Assembly (NCBI GenBank): GCA_000993205.1
Contig: LBVU01000001.1
Span: 8,155 to 72,154, forward strand
Length of the DNA: 64,000 nt
Source of the DNA: Candidatus Woesebacteria bacterium GW2011_GWB1_39_10
GTDB lineage: Bacteria; Patescibacteriota; Microgenomatia; UBA8517
Direction: 5' to 3'
Shown: positions 46,964-57,790 of the stretch, piece after piece
Numbering within the stretch: the first letter of the stretch is position 1
How the letters are laid out: each line of letters begins with the position of its first letter
The notes under the pieces: generated by a model
Database searches by the model: none
The model's input: the letters and a program-made list of their open reading frames with translations, nothing else
What the model was told of the DNA's origin: nothing
Made by a program: the position numbers and the translations under genes

Positions 46964-47986
46964 ATGGATAATAAGCAAAGCTTGCTATCAGATAGTAAGA
47001 GAATTTTAACCGGTGATAGGCCCACAGGCAAAATGCATCTGGGGCATTATGTTGGGAGCTTGAAGAATAGAGTAAAGCTTCAGGATAGTTATGACCAATT
47101 TGTGATGATCGCAGATGTCCAAGCGCTAACCGACAACTTTGAAAATCCCGAAAAAGTCCGCGCGAGTATTCGCGAAGTCCTTCTTGATTATCTTGCGGTT
47201 GGAATTGATCCAACTAAAACCACAATTTTAATTCAATCTATGATACCGGAAATTGCGGAGCTTACAGTTTATTACCTCAATTTGGTTACTCTTGAGCGCG
47301 TTTTAAGAAATCCTACTGTTAAAGATGAAATAAAACAAAAAAGGTTTGAAAAATCTCTTCCCGCAGGTTTTGCAATGTATCCGGTTTCCCAAGCTGCCGA
47401 CATTACAATTTTCAATGCAGACCTTGTTCCAGTGGGAGAGGACCAGGTTCCCATGATCGAGCAAACGCGAGAGATCGTCCGCAAATTCAATTCATTATAT
47501 GGTGACGTTTTTGTAGAACCGGAAGCATTGGTGGGGGAAGTTAAACGCCTCCCAGGAATTGACGGAAATAGTAAAATGGGCAAAAGTTTGGGGAATGCAA
47601 TTTATCTAAGCGACAGCGAAGAAGAGTTGAAGAAAAAAGTAATGGGAATGTATACGGATCCTACCAGAATTCATGCCACAGACCCGGGCAAAGTTGAAGG
47701 AAACCCTGTTTTTATTTATCACGATGTTTTTAATCCCGATAAAGATGAGGTGGAAGACTTGAAAGATCGTTATCAAAAAGGGACTGTGGGGGACGTTGAA
47801 GTTAAAGAAAAATTATTTGTCGCTCTTAATGATTTTCTCAAACCGATTAGAGAGAGAAGAAAAGACTTTGAAAATAATTCGGAAGAATTAAACAAAATTC
47901 TTAAAGTGGGAACAGAAAAAGCGAGAAATGTTGCTAAAGAAACAATGCAAAAAGTAAGAAAAGCTATGAAGATCGATTATTTTTGA
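46964..47986 (+). CDS. trpS: Tryptophanyl-tRNA synthetase
   Basis: [25 protein letters not shown] and KMGKS. Confidence 0.95.
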   Translation: MDNKQSLLSDSKRILTGDRPTGKMHLGHYVGSLKNRVKLQDSYDQFVMIADVQALTDNFENPEKVRASIREVLLDYLAVGIDPTKTTILIQSMIPEIAELTVYYLNLVTLERVLRNPTVKDEIKQKRFEKSLPAGFAMYPVSQAADITIFNADLVPVGEDQVPMIEQTREIVRKFNSLYGDVFVEPEALVGEVKRLPGIDGNSKMGKSLGNAIYLSDSEEELKKKVMGMYTDPTRIHATDPGKVEGNPVFIYHDVFNPDKDEVEDLKDRYQKGTVGDVEVKEKLFVALNDFLKPIRERRKDFENNSEELNKILKVGTEKARNVAKETMQKVRKAMKIDYF

Positions 47987-47987
47987 C

Positions 47988-48380
47988 ATGGACGAAATTT
48001 CATTCGATCAGTTTGAAGCAGTGGATATAAGAATCGGAACTGTTGTTAAAGCAGAAGTTCCTGAGTGGAGTCATTGGGTAATTAGGTTGGAAGTAGATTT
48101 TGGGCCCTCCTTCGCTGAAGCTACGGACGGCAAATCCACGAGGATTTGTTTTTCCGGTATCATGAAGTTCTTCAAACCCGAAGATCTTGTCGGCAAACAA
48201 TTTCCATTTGTAGTCAACTTAAAACCCCGGCCAATCGGTCCTGATAAAGAACTCTCCGAGGCGATGATGATTATGGCCTGTCCGGGGGACACCTCGGAAG
48301 ATAAGAAAGTTCAGGAAGAAACTCCTACAGTTTTGTTTAATCTTCAGGAAAAAGTTCCGGATGGGACAAAAGTAAGATAA
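47988..48380 (+). CDS. tRNA-binding OB-fold protein (CsaA/Trbp111-like)
   Basis: F..VDIRIGTV, VNLKPR, SEAM and GTKV. Confidence 0.85.
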   Translation: MDEISFDQFEAVDIRIGTVVKAEVPEWSHWVIRLEVDFGPSFAEATDGKSTRICFSGIMKFFKPEDLVGKQFPFVVNLKPRPIGPDKELSEAMMIMACPGDTSEDKKVQEETPTVLFNLQEKVPDGTKVR

Positions 48381-48401
48381 TAGGATATAATTGACGTTCG
48401 A

Positions 48402-50264
48402 ATGGATCCGAAACAATTACTCAAAACCAAAAACCCAAGTGGAAAGAAGCAAGTCCAATTCAAGTTAAAAATCAATCTTTGGACGGTTGCTTTGGGCTTC
48501 CTTGTAATATTTTTTGTGATTCCTCTTGTTGTGACCGGAGTTCAAATGGCTGGTGGTGACAATAATGTAGAAATTTCCCAACTCCTAAACGATATCAAGT
48601 CGAATAAAGTGGATAAAGTCCAGATTCAGGCTAATAAGATGATTGTGACATACAAAGATGGAACTACGAAGTTGTCCACAAAAGAAGATTCAGAAGGGTT
48701 TAGCCAGCTTCTTAAAGATTCGGGGATTGACCCTACAAGCGTAAAATTTGCAGTTCTTGACCAATCTTTAACAAAAACTCTTGCAGATATAGCGGGAATT
48801 GTTTTACCTTTAATTCTTATGGCGGCCTTCTTCTACTATATTATGAGGGCTCAAAGCAAGGGCGCTCAGGATATTTTCTCCTTCGGTAGAAGCAGAGCAA
48901 AAATTTTTGCCAAAGGTAAACAAGATACAACTTTTAAAGATGTTGCCGGTGTCGATGAAGCCAAAAAAGAACTCGAAGAGCTTGTAGACTTTCTTAAATT
49001 CCCGTCAAAATATAGAAAGATGGGTGCTAGAACTCCCAAAGGAGCACTTCTTTTTGGCCCCGCCGGAGTTGGTAAAACTCTTTTGGCAAAGGCCGTGGCG
49101 GGAGAGGCAGGAGTTCCATTTTTCAGTATGGCCGGATCGGAATTTATGGAAATGCTGGTTGGCGTTGGGGCCTCCCGAGTGCGTGATCTTTTTGGCCAGG
49201 CAAAGGCAAGCGCTCCTTCAATAATTTTTATTGACGAAATTGACGCAATTGGAAGGTCTCGCGGCCGCGGAATGATGGGTGGACACGACGAGCGTGAACA
49301 AACACTAAATCAGATATTGGTCGAGATGGACGGGTTTACACCGAACGATAATGTTGTGGTTCTTGCTGCCACAAACCGCGGAGATCTTCTTGACCCGGCA
49401 CTTCTTAGACCCGGGAGGTTTGACAGACGGGTGGTATTGGATATGCCGGACAAAGAGGGACGACTTGCAATTCTTTTGATCCATGCAAAAGGTAAAAAAT
49501 TTGCAAAGAAAATCGATTGGGGCAGAGTTGCGGACAGAACTGTAGGATTTTCCGGAGCGGATTTAGAGAACATGCTCAACGAAGCTGCGATCGGGGCGGC
49601 CAGAAACGGTAAAGAGGAAATTACAATGGAGGATATTGAAGAGTCTGCTACAAAAGTAAAACTTGGACCGGCAAAAAAGAGGCTTCAAAGCGACGAAGAT
49701 AAAAAAATCACCGCATACCACGAAGCAGGACATGGAATCGTTACACGGTTTTTGAAAGGGATGGATCCGGTTCACCGAATCTCAATCGTTGCCCGGGGAA
49801 TGAGTTTGGGACACACATTAATTCCTCCGGCCGCGGATAGAACCCATGAAACGAAATCGAGACTCCTAAATCAAATTACAGCAATGCTAGGAGGTCGAGC
49901 CGCCGAGGAACTTATTTTTAATGAGATGACTTCTGGCGCGAGTAATGATATCGCTCAGGCAACCAAAATCGCTAGGGCAATGGTTGTTGAATTTGGAATG
50001 AGTGAGTTGGGACCAATGAATTTTGGAGACGATATGGGAATGGGGGACTTTGGTCAGATGGAATGGTATGAAGGTGCAAAAAACTCACCTGCGTTTTTGG
50101 AAAAAATAGATAATGAAGTCAAGAAAATACTTGATTTTTGTTACAAAGTCGCAGTAAAAATGGTTAAAGAAAAAAGAAAGATTTTGGATAAAGTTTCTGA
50201 GGCTTTAATGATTAAAGAAACACTTGATAGGGACGAGTTTGAAAAGATAGTTGGTGCGAAGTAG
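48402..50264 (+). CDS. ftsH: ATP-dependent zinc metalloprotease FtsH
   Basis: Two TM helices, GPAGVGKT, DEID, RPGRFDR and HEAGH. Confidence 0.96.
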   Translation: MDPKQLLKTKNPSGKKQVQFKLKINLWTVALGFLVIFFVIPLVVTGVQMAGGDNNVEISQLLNDIKSNKVDKVQIQANKMIVTYKDGTTKLSTKEDSEGFSQLLKDSGIDPTSVKFAVLDQSLTKTLADIAGIVLPLILMAAFFYYIMRAQSKGAQDIFSFGRSRAKIFAKGKQDTTFKDVAGVDEAKKELEELVDFLKFPSKYRKMGARTPKGALLFGPAGVGKTLLAKAVAGEAGVPFFSMAGSEFMEMLVGVGASRVRDLFGQAKASAPSIIFIDEIDAIGRSRGRGMMGGHDEREQTLNQILVEMDGFTPNDNVVVLAATNRGDLLDPALLRPGRFDRRVVLDMPDKEGRLAILLIHAKGKKFAKKIDWGRVADRTVGFSGADLENMLNEAAIGAARNGKEEITMEDIEESATKVKLGPAKKRLQSDEDKKITAYHEAGHGIVTRFLKGMDPVHRISIVARGMSLGHTLIPPAADRTHETKSRLLNQITAMLGGRAAEELIFNEMTSGASNDIAQATKIARAMVVEFGMSELGPMNFGDDMGMGDFGQMEWYEGAKNSPAFLEKIDNEVKKILDFCYKVAVKMVKEKRKILDKVSEALMIKETLDRDEFEKIVGAK

Positions 50265-50308
50265 TAATAAGCTTTATGCTTTATGCTATATGGTGGTAAA
50301 ATAGCTTC

Positions 50309-51244
50309 ATGTCTTCTAAATTGGTAATCATCGATGGGAATGCCATAATGCATCGGGCGTTTCATGCCATTCCCCCCTTGACCACCCCAAAAGGGGAACC
50401 TATAAACGCGGTTTACGGTCTTACCTCTATGCTTCTTAAGGTAATCGGAGAAATTAAACCGACACATTTTGCCGTGGCATTTGACAGAAAAGAGCCGACT
50501 TTTAGACAAAAAGAATTACCCACATACCAAGCCCAGCGTCCGCCAATGGCCAGTGAACTCTCTTGCCAGTTTGAAAAAGCCAGAGAATTCTTAACTGCAG
50601 CCGGAATTCCTGTTTATTCAAAAGCGGGGTTTGAAGCGGATGATGTGATTGGTACGCTTGCTGAGCAAGCGACCAAAAATCCGAAATCCGAAATCCGAAA
50701 TCCGAAATTTGACGGAGTTGTGATAGTGACCGGAGACAGAGATCAATTACAACTTATAGATGACAAACTTAATATAAAACTTTACATGCCGGTTGCAGGA
50801 ATATTGAATGCAAAGTTATATGGAGAGGTGGATACGATTGAGAGAATGGGGGTTCCACCAACTCAAATTGTTGACCTCAAGGCGCTGACGGGAGATACCT
50901 CCGATAATTATTTTGGAGTTCCTGGTATTGGGCCAAAAACAGCGATCAATCTGTTACAGTGTTCTAGAACAATAGAACAGATATATAAGGATTTGGACAA
51001 ATTGCCTGGTAAATTGAGAGAGAAACTTGAGAAAGGGAAGAAGTCGGCTGATCAATCTTATTTCTTGGCGACGATAGATCGAAATGTTCCAATAGATATT
51101 GATTTCGAAGGAATGGGAAAGTGGAACATCGCCGGACAAAACGTATTAAACTTATTTGAAGAATTCGGATTTAAAACACTGACTAAAAGAATTCAAGACG
51201 TCGGACGCAAAATTGAAGAGGAAAAACAAGGGTCATTATTCTGA
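50309..51244 (+). CDS. Stand-alone 5'-3' exonuclease (Pol I N-terminal domain)
   Basis: IDGN, EADD, TGDRD, GDTSDN and GIGPKTA. Confidence 0.9.
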   Translation: MSSKLVIIDGNAIMHRAFHAIPPLTTPKGEPINAVYGLTSMLLKVIGEIKPTHFAVAFDRKEPTFRQKELPTYQAQRPPMASELSCQFEKAREFLTAAGIPVYSKAGFEADDVIGTLAEQATKNPKSEIRNPKFDGVVIVTGDRDQLQLIDDKLNIKLYMPVAGILNAKLYGEVDTIERMGVPPTQIVDLKALTGDTSDNYFGVPGIGPKTAINLLQCSRTIEQIYKDLDKLPGKLREKLEKGKKSADQSYFLATIDRNVPIDIDFEGMGKWNIAGQNVLNLFEEFGFKTLTKRIQDVGRKIEEEKQGSLF

Positions 51245-51251
51245 CTAAAAT

Positions 51252-51277
51252 ACTTCAATACTATATAGTATTGAAGT
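51252..51277. repeat. Perfect 26-bp palindrome, with a second copy at 11037-11062
   Basis: ACTTCAATACTATATAGTATTGAAGT; the other copy differs at 2 positions. Confidence 0.75.
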
Positions 51278-51289
51278 GATGTAATAGAA

Positions 51290-52435
51290 ATGAAGAAATT
51301 AAAAATTGCCATAGTACATGATTATTTAAAAGAATATGGTGGGGCGGAAAGGGTAGTGGAGGCCATGCTTGAAATTTGGCCCGATGCCCCAGTTTATACG
51401 ACGGTTTTTTTGCCGGAATTTTTAGGTCCGCATAGAACGCGTGTCGAGAAATGGGATATAAGAACTTCTTTTTTGCAAAAAATCCCATTTAACGCAAAGC
51501 TTATAAGTTTGTTTAGGTTTATAGCTCCGTTTGTATTCTCGACGATGGATTTAACAAAGTATGACGTTGTGGTAGTGTCATCTGCCGGCACGTACACAAG
51601 CCCAAATTTTATACGAATGAATAAAAAAAGTACTCTAGTGTGTTATTATCATACACCTCCTAGATATCTGTACGGCTATCCTGTTGCAAATGACTGGAGA
51701 AATAATATTTTCCGCAGGATGTTATTAGCACTGGGTCAGATCCCGATGTTCTTTCTAAGGATTCTTGACAAACGCGCTGCACAAATTCCAGACTACGTGT
51801 TAGCTAATTCAAAGGAGGTGGCAGGGAGGATTAGAAGGTTTTATAACAGAGAAGCTACAGTAATTTATCCACCTGTGGAGATACCCAAACTCGAAATCCG
51901 AAACTCGAAATCCGAAACTCGAAACTACTACCTAATTGGGAGCAGGGTATCACGCCACAAAGGACACGATATTGCAATAAAAGCTTTTACAAAATTAGGT
52001 TATAAACTAAATGTTTTTGGTGGAACTTTTGCTTCGTATGGTTTGGACCAATTTAAAAAAGATGCCGGTGCAAATATTAAATTTTTGGGCGAAGTGACGG
52101 AAGACGAAAAATTGGATTTAATGAAAAATGCAAAAGCTTTTATTTATCCATCAGAACATGAGGATTTTGGAATCGTCCCTGTAGAAACTATGGCAGCAGG
52201 GACTCCCGTAATCGCATTAGCCCAAGGCGGCCCGCTCGAAACTATTATTGACGGCAAGACTGGGGTGTTTTTTAAAGAAAGGACGATTGAAAGTTTGATT
52301 GCTGCTGTTAAAAAATCTGAGAAGATGAAATTTAAATCTGAAGACTGTGTCTCTCAAGCAAAAAAATTTAGCAAGGAAAGATTTAAACGCGAAATGCTAC
52401 AATTTGTTGACACCCATGCCCAAAACGAAAAATAG
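51290..52435 (+). CDS. GT4 glycosyltransferase (WbaZ-like)
   Basis: HDYL...GGAERV and EDFGIVPVE. Confidence 0.88.
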   Translation: MKKLKIAIVHDYLKEYGGAERVVEAMLEIWPDAPVYTTVFLPEFLGPHRTRVEKWDIRTSFLQKIPFNAKLISLFRFIAPFVFSTMDLTKYDVVVVSSAGTYTSPNFIRMNKKSTLVCYYHTPPRYLYGYPVANDWRNNIFRRMLLALGQIPMFFLRILDKRAAQIPDYVLANSKEVAGRIRRFYNREATVIYPPVEIPKLEIRNSKSETRNYYLIGSRVSRHKGHDIAIKAFTKLGYKLNVFGGTFASYGLDQFKKDAGANIKFLGEVTEDEKLDLMKNAKAFIYPSEHEDFGIVPVETMAAGTPVIALAQGGPLETIIDGKTGVFFKERTIESLIAAVKKSEKMKFKSEDCVSQAKKFSKERFKREMLQFVDTHAQNEK

Positions 52436-52880
52436 GCTTTTTAGGTTGGTACAACTCCAGGCAATTGCTTTCGTAGTAGTTTACTTTCTTATTTCCAACT
52501 TGTTTGTTGTTAAATTTATTACCAATCCAAATATTTATATTTCTTTTTTCTCTTCATTAATTTTTGGTTCTGTTTCTGTGTTTGCTTTCCTATATCTTTT
52601 TTCTCATCAGAATTTCCTTCCGTTTTTTAAGAACCTACAAGGCAGTCAAGACAAAAAGGAAAAAAAGTATTTAAAAAGTTATATAAAATATGGAAAATTT
52701 TTAGCTTGCATAATTGTAGGAATATTGGGTGGGCCGATATTTTTGGCTTTAACAATTAGATTCTTGTTCCCGCGATCAAAGAATAAATATTTGATAGGTT
52801 TTGTTTCTACTTTTGTATCTACAGTAATAGTAATATTTTTTGGAAAGAGTATTTTGGAGTTAATTAGATTTAAATTTTAA
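52416..52880 (+). CDS. Small multi-TM protein, paralog of 57350-57778
   Basis: Shared FLY.FSH..F...YGK....I.G...GP...AL..RFL. Confidence 0.65.
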   Translation: MPKTKNRLFRLVQLQAIAFVVVYFLISNLFVVKFITNPNIYISFFSSLIFGSVSVFAFLYLFSHQNFLPFFKNLQGSQDKKEKKYLKSYIKYGKFLACIIVGILGGPIFLALTIRFLFPRSKNKYLIGFVSTFVSTVIVIFFGKSILELIRFKF

Positions 52881-52886
52881 AAAACA

Positions 52887-53750
52887 ATGCCGGAATTACC
52901 AGAGGTCGAGTCAATGAAACTTCAGCTTGCAAAGTTCCTTGTCGGGCACAAGATACTTGGCGTAGAAATTCGAAATCCGAAATACGAAATTCGAAAAGAT
53001 ATCATAGGAGGGAAGATAACAGGAATCAGAAGATTTGGGAAAGTTTCTGTGATAGATCTTGATAATGGTTATTCAATCCTTACACACGTAAAACTTACTG
53101 GCCAATATATTTATCGTGGTCCAAATTTACCTAAACCCTATACGCTATCCGCTAAAGTTATCGGAGGTATCCCCGGGCCACATACTTTGGTAATTTTCAA
53201 ATTAGATCACGATGGTGTTTTGTATTACAACGATGTTCGTCGTTTTGGGTGGATAAAAATTGTGGATAGCGGACAGGTGATAGCGGATAGGTTTATAGAT
53301 AAACTGGGACCAGAGCCCTTCGGCAAGCCTCAGGGTAAACCCTCTCTTCTAACCTTGGATTTGTTCAAACAAATATTATCCAAAACTTCCCGTCCAATTA
53401 AAATCGTTCTTATGGACCAGACGAAAGTGGGGGGGGTGGGGAATATTTATGCAAACGATGCGCTTTGGCTTGCCAAAATTAATCCAAAGCGAAAAGCGAA
53501 TAGTGTAGAAGGAAAAGAGGCTAAAGAATTATATGAAGCAATATTAACTGTATTAAGAGAAGGGTTAAAATACGGAGGGGCAAGTGAGCTTGCATTTGTG
53601 ACGCCGGATGGGAAAGAGGGAAAATATCAAAATCATACGTTGGCTTATGGACATGAAGGAGAACTTTGCGGCCGTTGTCATAAGGCTAAATTTATTAAAT
53701 ATTTTCTCGGCGGGCGCGGGACTTATGTTTGCCCAAACTGTCAGAAATAG
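52887..53750 (+). CDS. mutM: Formamidopyrimidine-DNA glycosylase
   Basis: MPELPEVE, GVGNIY and C-terminal Zn finger. Confidence 0.93.
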   Translation: MPELPEVESMKLQLAKFLVGHKILGVEIRNPKYEIRKDIIGGKITGIRRFGKVSVIDLDNGYSILTHVKLTGQYIYRGPNLPKPYTLSAKVIGGIPGPHTLVIFKLDHDGVLYYNDVRRFGWIKIVDSGQVIADRFIDKLGPEPFGKPQGKPSLLTLDLFKQILSKTSRPIKIVLMDQTKVGGVGNIYANDALWLAKINPKRKANSVEGKEAKELYEAILTVLREGLKYGGASELAFVTPDGKEGKYQNHTLAYGHEGELCGRCHKAKFIKYFLGGRGTYVCPNCQK

Positions 53751-53788
53751 GGAAACACAAGACAAAATATTGTCATTTGGCTTACAAT

Positions 53789-54397
53789 ATGGGTATGCAT
53801 TTGACCACACCGGAGATAATAGATCTTCTTTTTAAATTCAGATACGCAATCTTGTTTCCTGTTGCCTTTCTTGAGGGTCCGGCAGTGGCGGTTGTCGCCG
53901 GATTTATGATCGCCATTGGCTTTATGAGTTTTATACCCGCCTATCTAATTTTGATATCAGCTAATATTTTGGGAGATATTGTCTATTATTTTATAGGAAG
54001 ATTGACACCTCGTAAAAAGTTAGATAAAGCATTAATGTTTTTTAGAATTAACGATAAGAGCATAAAAAGAGCTGAGGAATTGTTTGTCAAAAACAGAAAA
54101 AAGGCAATAATTTTTGGTAAAATTGCGCATGCGGTCGGTAGTGTCTTTTTAATAACGGCGGGAATAGTAAAGATTCCTCTGAATGAGTATTTAAAGCTGG
54201 GTACATTAATCGAACTGCCGAAGGCACTTATTTTCTTAATGATCGGCTACTATTTAGGCCACTCGGTGAGTAATCTTGGCAAAGTTGTTGACTACTCTAT
54301 AATAGGCTTTATATTGGTAACGATAATACTAATTGTGATTGGTCACTTAGTCAGTAAATATGCAGATAAACAGATAGAGAATCCAGATATAAAATGA
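53789..54397 (+). CDS. DedA/VTT membrane protein
   Basis: EGP, GD...Y.IG and AG motifs. Confidence 0.8.
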   Translation: MGMHLTTPEIIDLLFKFRYAILFPVAFLEGPAVAVVAGFMIAIGFMSFIPAYLILISANILGDIVYYFIGRLTPRKKLDKALMFFRINDKSIKRAEELFVKNRKKAIIFGKIAHAVGSVFLITAGIVKIPLNEYLKLGTLIELPKALIFLMIGYYLGHSVSNLGKVVDYSIIGFILVTIILIVIGHLVSKYADKQIENPDIK

Positions 54398-55785
54398 AGA
54401 TAATTTTTGCGACAGATTTTTACTATCCACAGACCGGTGGTATTGAGGTGTCTACCCGTAGGCTATCTCAGAAGTTGTCTGAGGCTTGTAATCAGGTTTT
54501 TATAATCGCACCTTCGAAATCGTTTCGCGATAAAACATATAGGGAGGGGTCTGTGACAATATTTGGAATGGGGTCTATTCAGATACCTTTTTACAAGAGT
54601 GCTAGATATTCACCTTCGTTGCTATTAAAAAACAAAATTTCCAAAATACTTACTGAAATTAAACCAGACGTGGTCCATGTACAGACCAATTTGTCGATTG
54701 GGCGTTTGGCGAGTGTATGCGCACAAAGGTTGGGAATTTCTACTGTTGCAACTGGCCATTTTATGGCAGAGGATTTTGTACGCACCTTGAAATTGCCTCA
54801 TTTTTCATGGAAATTTATTAACGATATTTCGCACACTTTCTCTTATTCGATTTGGAAGAAGGTTGATATCTTTACAGTGCCAACAGACACAGCTGCCAAC
54901 TATTTTGCTGAAAAACATGGTTTTGAGAAGAAGATCTTAACAATTTCAAATGGCGTTGATATAAAGAAATTTAAATCGAACAGGTCAAATCAGAAGCAAG
55001 TTCCTACAATCGCAGTAGTTGGGAGATTGGATTCAGCAAAAAGAGTCGATGTAGTAATAAAAGCTTTACCGGATATCTTAAAGAAGATGAGAGTGAATTT
55101 AATTATTGTTGGATCTGGTTTAGAAATGCAAAATCTTAAAAACATGGCTAGAAATTTAGGAGTTAGAGGACATGTACGTTTTAAGGGTTTTTTGCCGGAA
55201 CAAAAAGTAGCGGAATTATATAGAAGAGTAAATCTCCTAGCGACCGCTTCGGTAATAGAGACACAAGGTTTAGCAGTATTAGAAGCGTTAGCGTCCGGTT
55301 TACCGGTAGTGGCGGCTAATGCTGGGGCAACTCCAGAGCTTGTAAGAGAAGGTGTCAATGGATACCTATTCAACCCGGATGACCCAGCTTCATTTGCAAC
55401 CAGGGTGATTAAGATTCTCTCAAATAAAAAATTGATGATTAAAATGGGTAAAGAAAGTGTAAAAATAGCCAAAAAACACGATATCGACGAAGTTGTTGTA
55501 AAGATGCAGGGTTTGTATCAAAAGGCAATAGCAATTAATTCGATGCGGGCATTAAACACGAAGTATGTACCTTTCTATAGATCAAAAGGTTTTATTGTAA
55601 GGCTCGCAGTTGTCGGACTTGTGTTATCATTCCTTTTCAGAAACGTTCTGGCGTCACCATCCAAAGTTAGTGCCAGGGAGCTGGTAATCAAAAATAAAAT
55701 AATGAATTCTAAGATTGTTAAAAAGATAGAGAATTTGGACATAAAAGTGAAAGAAAAATTTCCCCTTCGTAACCCTTCAAGATAG
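54394..55785 (+). CDS. GT4 glycosyltransferase with a C-terminal TM extension
   Basis: TDFYYPQTGG, GRLDSAK and ETQGLAVLEA. Confidence 0.88.
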   Translation: MKIIFATDFYYPQTGGIEVSTRRLSQKLSEACNQVFIIAPSKSFRDKTYREGSVTIFGMGSIQIPFYKSARYSPSLLLKNKISKILTEIKPDVVHVQTNLSIGRLASVCAQRLGISTVATGHFMAEDFVRTLKLPHFSWKFINDISHTFSYSIWKKVDIFTVPTDTAANYFAEKHGFEKKILTISNGVDIKKFKSNRSNQKQVPTIAVVGRLDSAKRVDVVIKALPDILKKMRVNLIIVGSGLEMQNLKNMARNLGVRGHVRFKGFLPEQKVAELYRRVNLLATASVIETQGLAVLEALASGLPVVAANAGATPELVREGVNGYLFNPDDPASFATRVIKILSNKKLMIKMGKESVKIAKKHDIDEVVVKMQGLYQKAIAINSMRALNTKYVPFYRSKGFIVRLAVVGLVLSFLFRNVLASPSKVSARELVIKNKIMNSKIVKKIENLDIKVKEKFPLRNPSR

Positions 55786-55803
55786 TTGTGTTATTATAAT
55801 TTA

Positions 55804-57357
55804 ATGCTCAAGGATATCGAGAATTCAAGTTATGAAATTTTAGGGGATGATAATCTTCAGATAGACAGAATTATTTCAAAAGAAAATAACAATTTAATAC
55901 TTCAACTACGGGCGCGAAACACTTCAAATAAACCGGTTAAGATTTTTTCTTTTGTGGTTGCGGATTTTATTCTTCCCAGCAAAATCGAAAAAGTCTTGGA
56001 ACATGGCTGGCTTCAGTGCAGTGAAGTTTCTTGGAAAAACCCCGATGAGCCCACGAAAGAAACCAAACTGTTCCTGCAACGGGACCAGAATCATTTTTCG
56101 TTTAAGAAAGAGTATGGATATATAGAAAACTCAGTTATTAGCGAGTGGTTTACGTTAATAAAAATGTATGGAGGTGATTTGTTTATCGGGGCGGTTACCA
56201 CCGCTGATCAGTTCTCTCAAATTTTTGTTAAAAAAGAAGAGGGTGGGACAAGGGTTAGGGTTACATGCCAATACGACGGACTAACTTTAAGTCCGGGACA
56301 AGTTGTAAAAAGCGAGAAAATATTTTTTGCGGTTGGGGAGGAGAGCAAAATTAAAAAAGATTTTGCTGAAAGCCTGGCGAAACATATGAATGTAAAAAAA
56401 GTCGCCCCACCAATCCGAGCGATGTGTAATTCATATTATTGGAATGAGAATAAGATAGACGACAAAATAATAAACAATGAGTTAGACGCTATCGAGAAGA
56501 TGTCAGAACATCTCAATCTTGATTATTTTGAGCTCGATGCAGGTTATACAAAATATTTTGGTGACTGGTTGGATTATAAGGATCGGTTTCCAAAAGGTTT
56601 TGAACGAATTATAAGCAAGATTGAAGCTCTTGGTTATAAGCCTGCTATATGGATTTCTCCCTTTGCAATAAGCCCTGCTACCAAACTTCATGACCACCAC
56701 GCAAGTTGGCTTTTGAAAAGCAGCCACAAAAAACATTTTGAAGGAAGATGGACAAGCCCGGTAGATAACTTGTCCAACGATATAGACCTTGAGGTTTTGG
56801 ATCCGACTAACGATGAAGTCAAAAAATATCTCAAGGGAGTTTTAACTCATTTTATGGACTTGGGATTTGAACTTTTTAATACCGATTTTATGTATCCTGT
56901 ATGTTTGGCTGAAAAATATTCAAAACCTGTCACGAGGGCCCAAGCATTGCGGGAGGGGGTACAGTTTATTAGGGATACCGTAGGTGACCTAAAGTTAAAA
57001 TCCTGCATAACCCAACTTTCTCCAATGGTTGGATTGATAGATTATGTAAGAACCGGAATTGACACATTAAATCCGTTCGTTTGTTTCATCCCTGGGGTTA
57101 ACAGGATGATAAACGACTTCATGCTTGAGAAAAATATTCAAGAAAGTGAGGAACGATTATTCCTAAACAGGGTAGTGTGGAATGCAGATCCCGACGTATT
57201 GGTTTTTAGAGACGGAACAGGAATCGACGAAGCCGTGATTAGTAAGCATAAAAAAATGGCCAAGGAAAATAATATGTCGCTTTGGTTTGGGGACAGTGTT
57301 GCCAACATGGACGAGGTCACCAGAGAAAAGGTTTTGAAATTTTTCAATAATGTTTAA
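55804..57357 (+). CDS. GH36 alpha-galactosidase-like protein
   Basis: LDAGY...GDW, RFPKG, IWISPF, LDPT, TDF and ADPD. Confidence 0.78.
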   Translation: MLKDIENSSYEILGDDNLQIDRIISKENNNLILQLRARNTSNKPVKIFSFVVADFILPSKIEKVLEHGWLQCSEVSWKNPDEPTKETKLFLQRDQNHFSFKKEYGYIENSVISEWFTLIKMYGGDLFIGAVTTADQFSQIFVKKEEGGTRVRVTCQYDGLTLSPGQVVKSEKIFFAVGEESKIKKDFAESLAKHMNVKKVAPPIRAMCNSYYWNENKIDDKIINNELDAIEKMSEHLNLDYFELDAGYTKYFGDWLDYKDRFPKGFERIISKIEALGYKPAIWISPFAISPATKLHDHHASWLLKSSHKKHFEGRWTSPVDNLSNDIDLEVLDPTNDEVKKYLKGVLTHFMDLGFELFNTDFMYPVCLAEKYSKPVTRAQALREGVQFIRDTVGDLKLKSCITQLSPMVGLIDYVRTGIDTLNPFVCFIPGVNRMINDFMLEKNIQESEERLFLNRVVWNADPDVLVFRDGTGIDEAVISKHKKMAKENNMSLWFGDSVANMDEVTREKVLKFFNNV

Positions 57358-57778
57358 ATCGGTTCACCTAAAGGCCTTATTTGTATGGATAGTTTATTCG
57401 GTAATCACAAAAGCATCTTTTTTGGCTGGTTCCATTAAAACCGAGGTTATGTCCGCCTTTTCATTAAATGTTTTTTTAAGTGTATTCTTTGGAATTTTAT
57501 TTTTATATTTTTTTAGTCACGAAGATTTTTTTAAATTTGCAAAAGAAATCGAAAACAAAAACATCAAAAGCGAGAGGCGATGGGAACACAGGTTTTTACA
57601 TTATGGAAAATTGACATCGGCTATATTAATTGGAGTTGCGACAGGGCCCTTGATTGGGGCCTTGGCAGCGAGGTTTTTATTGGTAAAATTTAAGTATAAA
57701 TATTTGACAGTAAGTTTGTCTTCAGCTTTAGGGTCAATTTTTTGGCTTGGGGTTGCAAGAGGTATCATCCGCATTTAA
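57350..57778 (+). CDS. Small multi-TM protein, paralog of 52416-52880
   Basis: Shares the paralog motif above. Confidence 0.65.
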   Translation: MFKSVHLKALFVWIVYSVITKASFLAGSIKTEVMSAFSLNVFLSVFFGILFLYFFSHEDFFKFAKEIENKNIKSERRWEHRFLHYGKLTSAILIGVATGPLIGALAARFLLVKFKYKYLTVSLSSALGSIFWLGVARGIIRI

Positions 57779-57790
57779 ACTTACGTCTCA

